Shown: positions 32,610 through 41,761 of the stretch, piece by piece
Layout: every line of letters starts with the position of its first letter
Position numbering within the stretch: the first letter of the stretch is position 1
NCBI GenBank assembly: GCA_017520185.1
Contig: JAFXGO010000026.1
Location: 14,729 to 78,728 of the forward strand
DNA length: 64,000 bases
Reading direction: 5' to 3'
DNA from: Elusimicrobiaceae bacterium
GTDB lineage: Bacteria > Elusimicrobiota > Elusimicrobia > Elusimicrobiales > Elusimicrobiaceae
Position numbers and translations under genes: made by a program
The notes under the pieces: model-generated
The model's database searches: none
Seen by the model: only the letters and a program-made list of their open reading frames with translations
Told to the model about the DNA's origin: nothing

Positions 32610-32742
32610 AGATATTATCAATTTTTTCTAATACTTTTTTGTTGCTTGTTTATTTTAAAAATAAAATTTATACTAAAAATCATATAAATATGATATAATT
32701 TAATAAGAAAAATTCTTATTAATAATAAAAAGGGGGAAGAAT

Positions 32743-33126
32743 ATGCCGAAACTTTATGAAATTTATAAATGTGATGTTTGTGGAAATATAACAGAAGTAG
32801 TGCATGGTGGAAAAGCAGAAATGTTTTGTTGTGGTAAACCTATGACACTTCAAGTGGCGGGTACAGTAGAAGCCTCTACGGAAAAACATATTCCGGTGAT
32901 AGAAAAAATAGAAGGCGGTTTTAAAGTAAAGGTAGGAGAAGTAGAACATCCGATGATTGACTTACATTATATAGAATGGATAGAATTAATAACAGAAGAT
33001 GGTCTTGTATTACGTAAACATTTAAAACCGGGTGATAAGCCGGAGGCTGTATTTATGTGTGATGCTACAAGAGTGACAGCCAGAGAATATTGTAATCTTC
33101 ACGGATTATGGAATAAAGAGATTTAA
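32743..33126 (+). CDS. dfx: Desulfoferrodoxin (class I superoxide reductase)
   Basis: CxxCG...CC centre I; EKHIP, HPM...HYIEW, CNLHGLW. Confidence 0.95.
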   Translation: MPKLYEIYKCDVCGNITEVVHGGKAEMFCCGKPMTLQVAGTVEASTEKHIPVIEKIEGGFKVKVGEVEHPMIDLHYIEWIELITEDGLVLRKHLKPGDKPEAVFMCDATRVTAREYCNLHGLWNKEI

Positions 33127-33175
33127 TCATATCCTTATCAAAAATAGGAAATCAATAAGATAGTAAGGAGAAACT

Positions 33176-34369
33176 ATGAAGGCAGTTAAAATTACAGATA
33201 AAGTATATTGGGTAGGGGCTATTGATTGGAATATTCGTGATTTTCATGGATATTCGACAAAACAAGGAACTACATATAATGCTTTTTTGATTTTAAGCGA
33301 AAAACCTACCTTAATAGATACCGTTAAAAAAGAATTTTATCCGGAAATGATGGCACGTATTCAAAGTGTAATTGATCCGAAAAAAATCAAGATTATTATT
33401 TCTAACCATTCTGAAATGGATCATTCCGGTGCTTTACCTGAAACAGTAGCCGCTATAGAGCCGGAAGAAGTGTATTGTTCGGATATGGGTCATGTGGATT
33501 TAACGGAACAACTTTATCCTAATTTTGAAATGAAAGTTGTAAAAACGGGTGATAGAATTGATGTGGGAGGAGATACTATTTCCTTTGTAGAAGCCCGCAT
33601 GTTGCACTGGCCTGATAGTATGTTTTCTTACTTAGAAAAAGAAAATATTTTATTTACCAATGATGTATTTGGTATGCATTATGCTACCGGTAAATTATTT
33701 GACGATGAAAACAATGAGATAGATTGGCTCTACGAAGCAGAAAAATATTATGCCAATATTGTATTGCCTTATTCTGATATTGTATTACGCTTTTTAGACA
33801 ATGTAAAAAAAATGGGTCTTGCTCCCAAAGTCATTGCTCCGGATCATGGTTTTATCTGGAGAAAAGATCCTGCCAAAATTATCAGTTTATATGAAAAATG
33901 GGCTACACAGGCACCGAATAATAAAGCTGTCGTCGTCTATGATACAATGTGGGGAAGTACTCAAAAGATGGCCGAATATGTGGCAGATGGTCTTAGGGAA
34001 GGCGGCACAGAAGTAAAATTAATGTCTATGCATTCCTGCCATAGAAGTGATGTTGTGACGGAATTGTTAGACAGTAGTGCTTTAGTTATTGGAAGTCCTG
34101 TATTAAATTCAGAAATTTTTCCGGCGATGGCAGATGTTTTGTGTTATTTAAAAGGTCTTAAAAAGAAAAATTTAGTAGGTGCGGCTTTTGGCTCTTATGG
34201 TTGGAATCCTGCTCCTATTAAATCATTGGAAGAAACATTAAAGGCCATGAAAGTGGAGCAAGTTTATCCGACGGTCACTTCCAAATTCGTACCCAATGCC
34301 GATACATTACAGGCATGCCGTCAAATGGGATTAACGATTAGTCAGAAAATTGCCGAAAAATTGAAATAA
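33176..34369 (+). CDS. fprA: Flavodiiron protein (O2/NO reductase)
   Basis: GTTYNAFLI, HSEMDH, HWPDSM, YDTMWGST, FGSYGW. Confidence 0.93.
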   Translation: MKAVKITDKVYWVGAIDWNIRDFHGYSTKQGTTYNAFLILSEKPTLIDTVKKEFYPEMMARIQSVIDPKKIKIIISNHSEMDHSGALPETVAAIEPEEVYCSDMGHVDLTEQLYPNFEMKVVKTGDRIDVGGDTISFVEARMLHWPDSMFSYLEKENILFTNDVFGMHYATGKLFDDENNEIDWLYEAEKYYANIVLPYSDIVLRFLDNVKKMGLAPKVIAPDHGFIWRKDPAKIISLYEKWATQAPNNKAVVVYDTMWGSTQKMAEYVADGLREGGTEVKLMSMHSCHRSDVVTELLDSSALVIGSPVLNSEIFPAMADVLCYLKGLKKKNLVGAAFGSYGWNPAPIKSLEETLKAMKVEQVYPTVTSKFVPNADTLQACRQMGLTISQKIAEKLK

Positions 34370-34378
34370 GGGTTTTTT

Positions 34379-34888
34379 ATGAATCAAAATTTTATTGACG
34401 GATTAAATTGTATTACTTATGGTTTATATATAGTGTCATCGTCTTTTGAAGGTAAAGACAGTGCTATGATTGTAAATACGGTTTTTCAAGTCAGTGCAGA
34501 ACCACCAAAAGTTGCTATATCTGTTAATAAAGAATGTTTGACTCATGAAATTATCCAAAAAAGCCATGTTTTTGCCGCTATGCCTTTGGAACAAAAAACA
34601 GATCTTCCTTTTATAGGTAGATTTGGTTTTCGTACAGGACGTAATTTTGATAAATTTGCCGGTATTGACATAAAACGTTCCTCTTCAGGGATGCCTATTG
34701 TGCAAGAACATACACTTAGTTTTATAGAAGTAAAAGTAGAACAAGAAGTAGATGTGGGGACTCATACCATGTTTATAGGTACGGTGCAAGAGGCAAGATG
34801 TTCCTCTTTACATCAAGAACCCTTAACATATGAGTATTATCATAAAGTTATTAAAGGGAAAGCACCTAAAGGTGCCACCCATCTTTAA
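34379..34888 (+). CDS. Flavin reductase-like protein (resembles Hrb N-terminal domain)
   Basis: TYGLYIV, NTVFQV, RFGFRTGR..DKF, GTHTMFIG, PLTYEYY. Confidence 0.85.
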   Translation: MNQNFIDGLNCITYGLYIVSSSFEGKDSAMIVNTVFQVSAEPPKVAISVNKECLTHEIIQKSHVFAAMPLEQKTDLPFIGRFGFRTGRNFDKFAGIDIKRSSSGMPIVQEHTLSFIEVKVEQEVDVGTHTMFIGTVQEARCSSLHQEPLTYEYYHKVIKGKAPKGATHL

Positions 34889-34905
34889 AATAATTGGAGG
34901 AAGTT

Positions 34906-35064
34906 ATGAAATATATTTGTGAAATTTGTGGTTATACCTATGATCCCGCCGAAGGAGATGCTACCAAAGGTATTGCTGCTGGTACGAAATTCGAAGATCT
35001 GCCGGCCGATTGGGTTTGCCCCGTCTGTGGAGTAGGTAAAGATCAATTTAAACCGGCAGAATAA
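34906..35064 (+). CDS. rub: Rubredoxin (52 aa, below ORF-track cutoff)
   Basis: [14 protein letters not shown]...[20 protein letters not shown]; GGAGG RBS. Confidence 0.96.
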   Translation: MKYICEICGYTYDPAEGDATKGIAAGTKFEDLPADWVCPVCGVGKDQFKPAE

Positions 35065-35084
35065 GTACTTCGGTTTTAATGATT

Positions 35085-35121
35085 TAAAAAGCACAAAACA
35101 AAAAATGTTTTGTGCTTTTTA
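35085..35121. terminator. Terminator after rubredoxin
   Basis: AAAAAGCACAAAACA-N5-TGTTTTGTGCTTTTT. Confidence 0.8.
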
Positions 35122-35449
35122 TTATTTAATATTCATAGAAATTATGGTAAAAATTATAACTATAATCGGTAATTTATACTTTGTATGCCAGCTTGTTTGA
35201 TAATCTTTATTTCATAAAGGACAAAGGGATAAGATCCAATATCAAAAAAAATACTTAATTGCTTTTTTATGTTCTCAAATTCAGAAAATTCAAAAGAAAA
35301 TAAATCCATTAAATTTTAATATCTGTTTGTAGAAAAACACAACCGGAAATTAGAAAATATATGCAAAATATATATATTATTTTTTTATATAAATCTCCTT
35401 TTTTATACTATATGAAAGAATATAAATATAACTTTGCTATAATAAATAC

Positions 35450-36553
35450 ATGAAAATTCTCTATGTTTCCACTTCTACGGATATGGGTGGAGCCGAAACG
35501 TCTTTGCGTTCTTTGGCTCTAACCGCTAAAAATGCCGGACATACTGTTAAAATTATTTCTTTAAAACCGTTAGGATCCGTCGGAAAAGATATTATTTCTC
35601 AAGGGATAGAAGTTATTTCTTTGAATTTAAAATCTAAAGCCAATATGCTGGAAAATGCAGGAGTTTTTGCAAGACTTTTGCAGGAAATAGAAATTTTTAA
35701 TCCGGATATTGTGCATGCTCTTTTATTTAGAGCCATACAGTTTTGTCGTTCTGCAAAGAAAAAATTATCTTTTAAGTTAATAACTACCCCCCATTATGAT
35801 TTATCCAAAAAAAATTATTTTTTACGTCTGTGGGATCGTTCTTTAAAAGATATGGATGATATAAGTTGTGCAGAATCTCAGTCTACGGCTGATTTCTTAA
35901 CACATAAACAGAAATATAAAGAAGATAAAGTTTTTTTAATCCAAAATAGTGTGGATACACATTATTTTACCCCCAATGAAAGTTTGGGAAAAAAAACTCG
36001 TGAAAAATTGGGTTTTCATGCCAAAGATACGGTATTTATTTGTGTGGCGCGTTTGTCTGCAGAAAAAAATCATCAACTTTTGTTTGAAAGTTTTGCGTCC
36101 GTAAAGGCCAAAAATCCGAAAATTGGGTTGATAGTAGTAGGGGACGGCCCAGAAAACGCGAAATTGAAGGAATTTGCTTATCAACGAAATTTAGAAAACA
36201 ATATTTGTTTTGTAGGAGAAGTAAGTAATGTTTATCCTTATTTGTTAGCATCTGATGTTTTTATTCTTACTTCTTTCGTTGAAAGTCTACCTATTTCTTT
36301 ATTAGAGGCTTGTTCGTGTCAATTACCTGCTATTGTTAGTAAAGTGGGTGATATGCCTTTGGTTGTACAACATGGCAAAACCGGATTTGTTTTTAATGGC
36401 ACAGACCCTGTGCTTTTAAATGTATTAATGGCAGAAATATGTCAAAATGAAAATTTAAGAAAAGAAATGGGAATATCTGCCAGAAAAAGAATAAAGAAAA
36501 ACTATTCTTGTTCTGAAGAAAAATACATTCAATTATATGAAAAAATAAAATAG
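35450..36553 (+). CDS. Glycosyltransferase family 4
   Basis: GGAE, VARLSAEKN, VGDGP, E...LLEA, SKVGD (GT-B fold). Confidence 0.9.
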   Translation: MKILYVSTSTDMGGAETSLRSLALTAKNAGHTVKIISLKPLGSVGKDIISQGIEVISLNLKSKANMLENAGVFARLLQEIEIFNPDIVHALLFRAIQFCRSAKKKLSFKLITTPHYDLSKKNYFLRLWDRSLKDMDDISCAESQSTADFLTHKQKYKEDKVFLIQNSVDTHYFTPNESLGKKTREKLGFHAKDTVFICVARLSAEKNHQLLFESFASVKAKNPKIGLIVVGDGPENAKLKEFAYQRNLENNICFVGEVSNVYPYLLASDVFILTSFVESLPISLLEACSCQLPAIVSKVGDMPLVVQHGKTGFVFNGTDPVLLNVLMAEICQNENLRKEMGISARKRIKKNYSCSEEKYIQLYEKIK

Positions 36554-36570
36554 TTTTCACGTGAAAACTA
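36551..36570. other. parS-like palindrome 1
   Basis: TAGTTTTCACGTGAAAACTA, perfect 20-bp palindrome. Confidence 0.8.
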
Positions 36571-36579
36571 GGAGCTTTT

Positions 36580-37560
36580 ATGGAATCGAAACTTTTTGTT
36601 GTTGCTTGTATTATGTATATTTTTTCTTGGATTAGTAAAAAACTATTTAAGAAGAATAAAATTGCTGATGGAAAAAAATTTGGTTTTTGGCATGCAATTT
36701 TTTTGTTGTTGATTTTGTCTTGTGCTTATAATATTATTAATTTTGTCATAAATAGTGGAGTAGAAAATCCTTTTTTGGATAAAGGATTTTCTTTGAAAAA
36801 AATAGTTATTCCTTTTATTATTCTTTTTATTTCCATATATGGCTTTTTTTCTGCTAAGAATAAAAAAGGAGAATCAAAAAATATTTTAATAAAAAGTGAT
36901 TTGGAGTGGGCAAATACGGTCTATTTCGCTGGATTTGTTGCCTCTATTGTTATGTTTTTCTTTGTGCAGGCTTTTAAGATTCCGTCTGCATCTATGCAAA
37001 ACACCTTGTTAATAGGAGACCATTTGTTTGTTAATAAAGCCGCTTATGGTTTTAGAATTCCGCTGACTCAAATTAGATTCTTAGAATTTAATGAGATAAA
37101 AAAAGGAGATATTATTGTTTTTTCTTTTCCGGCAGAAAGTAAGGAACAAATTAATTGTGGTGGTTATCAATATGGAAAAGACTATGTTAAAAGAGTAATT
37201 GCTTTAGGCGGAGATAAAGTTGAAGTAAAAAATGCCAAACTTTATGTTAATGATCAAGAGGTAGAAAAACAAGGGTATGAAATTTATGAACCGGTTTCTC
37301 GTTTGCAGGCAGAACATAAATTAGATGGAACAACCTATCAATTATTATGGGAAAATAGAATTTTGGAACATGAGTTAGGAATGTCATTAAGAGATAATTT
37401 TGGCCCTGTTATTGTTCCGGAAGGGCAATATTTTGCTATGGGAGATAATAGAGATAATTCTTGTGATTCCCGTTTTTGGGGGCCTGTTCCTAGAAAAAAT
37501 ATCAAGGGGACTGTTTGGTTTATCCACTGGCCGATAAGCAGAATAGGTATTGTAAAATAA
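36580..37560 (+). CDS. lepB: Signal peptidase I with extra N-terminal TM segments
   Basis: PSASM catalytic Ser, IGDHLFVNK, DYVKRV catalytic Lys, GDNRDNSCDSRFWG. Confidence 0.93.
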   Translation: MESKLFVVACIMYIFSWISKKLFKKNKIADGKKFGFWHAIFLLLILSCAYNIINFVINSGVENPFLDKGFSLKKIVIPFIILFISIYGFFSAKNKKGESKNILIKSDLEWANTVYFAGFVASIVMFFFVQAFKIPSASMQNTLLIGDHLFVNKAAYGFRIPLTQIRFLEFNEIKKGDIIVFSFPAESKEQINCGGYQYGKDYVKRVIALGGDKVEVKNAKLYVNDQEVEKQGYEIYEPVSRLQAEHKLDGTTYQLLWENRILEHELGMSLRDNFGPVIVPEGQYFAMGDNRDNSCDSRFWGPVPRKNIKGTVWFIHWPISRIGIVK

Positions 37561-37585
37561 TAAATTGTATAGGAAAACTTTTATT

Positions 37586-37628
37586 TGTGGATAATTTATC
37601 CACACAAATTAACAGGTTTTGTGAAAAA
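37586..37628. promoter_or_regulatory. DnaA-box cluster upstream of parA
   Basis: TGTGGATAA-T-TTATCCACA inverted pair (37586-37604) plus TGTGAAAAA (37620-37628). Confidence 0.7.
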
Positions 37629-37641
37629 CAAAACCTGTTTT

Positions 37642-37657
37642 GTTTTCACGTGAAAAC
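37642..37657. other. parS-like palindrome 2
   Basis: GTTTTCACGTGAAAAC, perfect 16-bp palindrome about 50 nt before parA. Confidence 0.8.
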
Positions 37658-37708
37658 TGACTTGCTTTTTGTTCCCTTTATATGATTTAATATGTTTATG
37701 GAGGATTT

Positions 37709-38542
37709 ATGGGAGAGATAATTGCTATTGCAAATCAAAAAGGTGGTGTTGGTAAAACAACCACTTCTATTAATTTGGCGTATGCCCTAGCACATTTAGA
37801 TCAAGAAGTTTTGTTGATTGATTTTGACCCTCAAGGAAATGCCGGTTCAGGATTAGGTATTACTGTGGAAGAAGGAGAAAAATCGGTCTATCACTTATTG
37901 ACAAAAAATGCTACTTTTGAAGAAGTTATTAGACAAACTTCTAATGAAATGTTAGATGTTATCCCCACATGCAAACATTTAGCCGGTGCAGAAGTTGAAC
38001 TGGTTAATGTGCGTGGTCGTGAGAATATGCTTAAAGAAGCCTTGTCTCCTTTGCGCAAAATGTATAAATACATTATTATAGATTGTCCTCCTTCTTTGGG
38101 TCTTCTTACCTTAAATGCTCTAATGGCGGCAGACAGTGTAATTACTCCGGTACAATGTGAATTTTATGCTATGGAAGGATTGGCTCATTTTATGGGAACT
38201 ATCCAAAAAATTAGACAATTCTTAAATAGCAACTTAAAATTAGATGGCGGTGTATTAACAATGTACGATAATCGTATGAATCTATCTCGCCAAGTATTTG
38301 CAGAAGTCAGTCGTTTCTTTGGGGAAAAAATTTATAAAACTCCGATTCCCCGTAATATCCGCTTAGCCGAAGCTCCCAGCTTTGGGCAATCTATTTTTGA
38401 TTATGAGCCTGCCTGTCGCGGTGCGAATGCTTATATTCAGTTAGCTATTGAATTTATGGCCAGACGCGGTGCTGATATGGAAGAATATGCAGGCTATAAT
38501 ATGCAAAACGCAGAAACTTATAACTATGATTTTGGAGGATAA
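37709..38542 (+). CDS. parA: Chromosome partitioning ATPase ParA/Soj
   Basis: NQKGGVGKTT deviant Walker A, DPQGNA, DCPPSLG, IPRNIRLAEAPSFG. Confidence 0.96.
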   Translation: MGEIIAIANQKGGVGKTTTSINLAYALAHLDQEVLLIDFDPQGNAGSGLGITVEEGEKSVYHLLTKNATFEEVIRQTSNEMLDVIPTCKHLAGAEVELVNVRGRENMLKEALSPLRKMYKYIIIDCPPSLGLLTLNALMAADSVITPVQCEFYAMEGLAHFMGTIQKIRQFLNSNLKLDGGVLTMYDNRMNLSRQVFAEVSRFFGEKIYKTPIPRNIRLAEAPSFGQSIFDYEPACRGANAYIQLAIEFMARRGADMEEYAGYNMQNAETYNYDFGG

Positions 38543-38546
38543 TTAA

Positions 38547-39437
38547 ATGTCAAGACAAGCATTAGGAAAAGGCCTCGATGCCTTGCTTAAACAAACACAG
38601 GAAGTTTTAAATAATCCTACGGCTGTTCGTCCGGAAAATCCGTCCGGTCCCTCTGTACAAAAAATATCTTTAGAGAAAATTATCCCCAACCGCTATCAAC
38701 CGCGTCGTATTTTTGATGAAAGCAAACTGCAAGAATTGGCCCAATCTATACAAGAACATGGCCTTACTCAACCTATTGTTGTAGTTTACGATGTTGGATT
38801 GGATAAATATGAAATTGTAGTGGGTGAGCGCCGTTTCCGCGCCAGTCAGTTGGCCGGACTTACGGAAATAGATGCTATTGTGCATAAGGCTTTGACAGAT
38901 AAAGAGATGTGTGCTTTGGCTTTGATTGAAAATATTCAGCGCGAAGATTTAAACCCGATAGAAACGGCTTTGGGATATAGAAATTTAATGAGTAAATTTG
39001 AAATTTCTCAAACAGATTTAGCCGGATATTGTGGCAAATCTAAAGCAGCTGTTTCAAACTCATTGCGTTTGTTGGAACTTCCCGAACATATGCAAGAGGC
39101 TTTGCAAGACGGTACTATTTCTGAAGGGCATGGACGGGCTTTATTGATGTTATTGGATCCTATTAAAAAAGAATCTCTTTTTCAAAGATTGAAAAAAAAT
39201 AAAATGTCTGTCCGACAAGCAGAAGAAGCCGCCAGAGCATTATTGCAGCCGTCACCTATTAAGTTGCCAAAACCGCCTGAGGTTGCTTCTTTTGAAAATG
39301 ACTTACAAGCCTCTTTGGGAACAAAAGTAGAAGTGCGTTATGGTAAAAAAATGTCAAAAGGTGTTTTGATTATCCAATATAATTCTTTGGAAGAATTGGA
39401 TAATATTGCTAATCGTTTGAAAACAAAATTATTATAA
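38547..39437 (+). CDS. parB: Chromosome partitioning CTPase ParB
   Basis: PNRYQPR, GERRFRA, ENIQREDLNP, HTH domain. Confidence 0.96.
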   Translation: MSRQALGKGLDALLKQTQEVLNNPTAVRPENPSGPSVQKISLEKIIPNRYQPRRIFDESKLQELAQSIQEHGLTQPIVVVYDVGLDKYEIVVGERRFRASQLAGLTEIDAIVHKALTDKEMCALALIENIQREDLNPIETALGYRNLMSKFEISQTDLAGYCGKSKAAVSNSLRLLELPEHMQEALQDGTISEGHGRALLMLLDPIKKESLFQRLKKNKMSVRQAEEAARALLQPSPIKLPKPPEVASFENDLQASLGTKVEVRYGKKMSKGVLIIQYNSLEELDNIANRLKTKLL

Positions 39438-39456
39438 GTTTATTTCAAACAAAATT

Positions 39457-39487
39457 ACCCGAGTTCTTTAAAAAGACTCGGGTTTTT
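39457..39487 (+). terminator. Terminator after parB
   Basis: ACCCGAGT-N11-ACTCGGGT followed by TTTT. Confidence 0.7.
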
Positions 39488-39532
39488 GTTTATTGATTGA
39501 AAAAAAGAAAAGGTATAAAGAAAAATTAAAAA

Positions 39533-39548
39533 GTTTTCATGTGAAAAC
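39533..39548. other. parS-like palindrome 3 (one mismatch)
   Basis: GTTTTCATGTGAAAAC. Confidence 0.72.
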
Positions 39549-39958
39549 TATGTTTGTTTTGACAAAAACAGCCCAAAACTCGTGTTCGCAAGCAAAACAA
39601 CTTCTATTTTCGATTTTCTTCTTTTTTGCTTACATTTGTATTGTTTTTATAAAAAAACACAAAATAGGAGTATTTTTGTAAAAAATGAATTTTTGTCGAC
39701 GGAACAAAATATAAAATAAAAAAACATACTCTTAAAAAAGGAATTTTTGGAACATAAGTTAGGAAAACTAATTTTCAAATATGAAACTTTATTTTTTAAA
39801 ATTATGAAATAAAAAATTAAAATAGAATTTTTGCTATAAAAAAACGTGAATTATTCGTATGGATTTACTACAATGTTATGAGAGAAACAACTTCTCTTTG
39901 ATGTAGAATTTTTATAATATAGTTGTATATTTACTGCTTGGTAAAAGATAGAGAGTTT

Positions 39959-40192
39959 ATGGCATTGGGTCCCTTTTCAAAACAAGACCATGTGACGATT
40001 ACTACTTTAGGACTTGAGTTTGCCGTAGCGGTAGCTTTAGGCGTAGGGGTTGGCTTGTGGATAGACAAAAAAATGTCTTCCGCCCCTTGTGCGACGATAG
40101 TTGGAATGTTATTTGGATTTGCTTTAGGAATATATATTATTGTAAAAGAAGCAAACCGATTTAAAGAAGAACCAAAGAAGGATAAAAAATAA
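39959..40192 (+). CDS. AtpZ/AtpI family protein
   Basis: GLEFAVAV...GLWIDKK...GMLFGFALG; first gene of the atp operon. Confidence 0.85.
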   Translation: MALGPFSKQDHVTITTLGLEFAVAVALGVGVGLWIDKKMSSAPCATIVGMLFGFALGIYIIVKEANRFKEEPKKDKK

Positions 40193-40193
40193 A

Positions 40194-40955
40194 ATGGACG
40201 TATCTAAAATTATAGAACATCATATTTTAGATCATGACTTAGGGGTCATGTTCGGTTCCTTTCATTTACCGATTACGGCACATACCTTAACCATGTTCGG
40301 TGTTAGTGTTGTTTTGCTGATAGTGGCGTTGCTTTTGTCTGTAAAAGGAAAAAATATTTTTGCTCGCTTATTAAATACGCTTGGCGAAGAATATGTATCT
40401 TTTATGCGTGACGGCATCGTGGTGCCTAGTATTGGAAAAGAAGGCCTTGCTTTTCTTCCTTATTTCTGCACTTTGTTTCTATTTATTCTTTTTTCTAATT
40501 TGGCTGGCCTTATTCCTCAAATGAAGACCATTACTTCCAATATTTCCGTCACGGGTGCTTTGGCTTTGTGTTCCGGCGGATTGATTGTATATGCCGGTAT
40601 AAAATCACATGGCTTATGGGGTTTTATCAAAAGTTTTGTACCCGGCGGAACACCTTGGTGGTTGATTCCTTTGATGTTTCCGCTGGAAGTAATCAGCCTG
40701 CTCATTCGTGTATGTGTATTGGCTATCCGTTTGTTTGCCAATATGCTTTCCGGTCATATGGTGTTGTTAAGTTTATTGTTGATTATTTTTATCATTGGAC
40801 AGATGAGTAAAATAGCCGGTGTAGGGGCTGCTTTTCCTGCAATGGGACTTGAAATTTTTATGACATTTTTAGAGTTGTTGGTAGCGTTTTTGCAGGCATA
40901 TGTTTTTACCTTGCTGACGTCTATTTATGTAGGACTTGTTGTACATTCACATTAA
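40194..40955 (+). CDS. atpB: ATP synthase Fo subunit a
   Basis: FSNLAGLIP, IRLFANMLSGH, LQAYVF. Confidence 0.96.
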   Translation: MDVSKIIEHHILDHDLGVMFGSFHLPITAHTLTMFGVSVVLLIVALLLSVKGKNIFARLLNTLGEEYVSFMRDGIVVPSIGKEGLAFLPYFCTLFLFILFSNLAGLIPQMKTITSNISVTGALALCSGGLIVYAGIKSHGLWGFIKSFVPGGTPWWLIPLMFPLEVISLLIRVCVLAIRLFANMLSGHMVLLSLLLIIFIIGQMSKIAGVGAAFPAMGLEIFMTFLELLVAFLQAYVFTLLTSIYVGLVVHSH

Positions 40956-40998
40956 TTTTTAAATCAGCGGGTATATGACCCGCAAAAGGAGAGAAAAA

Positions 40999-41226
40999 AT
41001 GGAACTCGCCGCACTTAAATTCGTAGCTGCCGGTATTGGTGCCGGTCTTACCGTAATCGGAGCCGCTTTGGGCTTAGGAAAAATTGGTAATGCCGCTTTG
41101 GAAGGAACGGCCCGCCAACCGGAAGCCGCCAATGCTATCCGCACGACCATGATCATCATTGCCGCCTTGTTAGAAGGTGCCGCCATGTTGGGTTTGGTGA
41201 TTTGTTTGTTAACGATGGTCTTATAA
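40999..41226 (+). CDS. atpE: ATP synthase Fo subunit c
   Basis: RQPE loop, carboxylate in LLEG; lacks the Q...ES/T Na+ signature, so probably H+-coupled. Confidence 0.95.
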   Translation: MELAALKFVAAGIGAGLTVIGAALGLGKIGNAALEGTARQPEAANAIRTTMIIIAALLEGAAMLGLVICLLTMVL

Positions 41227-41251
41227 TTTTTATTTTCCGACAAGAGGAAAT

Positions 41252-41758
41252 ATGGAAAATTTATTGAATCCCGATTTCGGGGTTATGGCGTTGACAATTG
41301 TCAACTTCTTGCTTTTGGTTTGGCTTTTGCACAAATTTGCATGGAAAGGCATTATTGGTGCGCTTGAAAAACGTGAGAAACAAATTGCTCAAGACAAAGC
41401 AGCCGCTGCCGAAGCCCGACAAGAAGCGCAAAACATCAAAGCAGAATTAGATGCCAAATTAAAAGAAATCTCCGTCGAAGCCGCTGCCAAAATGCAAGAA
41501 GCGGTGGCGGTGGGTAATGCCCAAAAAGAACAAATCTTGGCCGAAACTCAACGCCAAGCAGAACAGTTGTTGACCCAAGCAAAAGCACAAATAGCTGCTG
41601 AAAAAGAAAAAGCCTTGCAAGAAGTGCGTGATCAAGTGGTCAGCACCGCGTTGGCTGCTGCTATTAAAATTACACAACAACAAGTAAACGAGCAAACGGC
41701 CGCTGTGGTGGTAGATGAAGTATTGCAAGAGATAAAAAATACAGGGAAAGGGCGTTAG
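41252..41758 (+). CDS. atpF: ATP synthase Fo subunit b
   Basis: N-terminal TM, FAWK, long coiled coil. Confidence 0.93.
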   Translation: MENLLNPDFGVMALTIVNFLLLVWLLHKFAWKGIIGALEKREKQIAQDKAAAAEARQEAQNIKAELDAKLKEISVEAAAKMQEAVAVGNAQKEQILAETQRQAEQLLTQAKAQIAAEKEKALQEVRDQVVSTALAAAIKITQQQVNEQTAAVVVDEVLQEIKNTGKGR

Positions 41759-41761
41759 TTT

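Noticed and set aside
34886-34908. Stop-codon readthrough fusing flavin reductase to rubredoxin
   Set aside because: The 17-nt gap is out of frame and rubredoxin has its own GGAGG RBS.
35122-35449. Long AT-rich intergenic regions (also 39549-39958) as ncRNA or hidden gene loci
   Set aside because: No stable structure, recognisable RNA motif or credible ORF; they are explained as promoter regions within the AT-rich zone.
40999-41226. Na+-translocating ATP synthase
   Set aside because: Subunit c lacks the Gln and ES/ET...Y Na+-binding signature.
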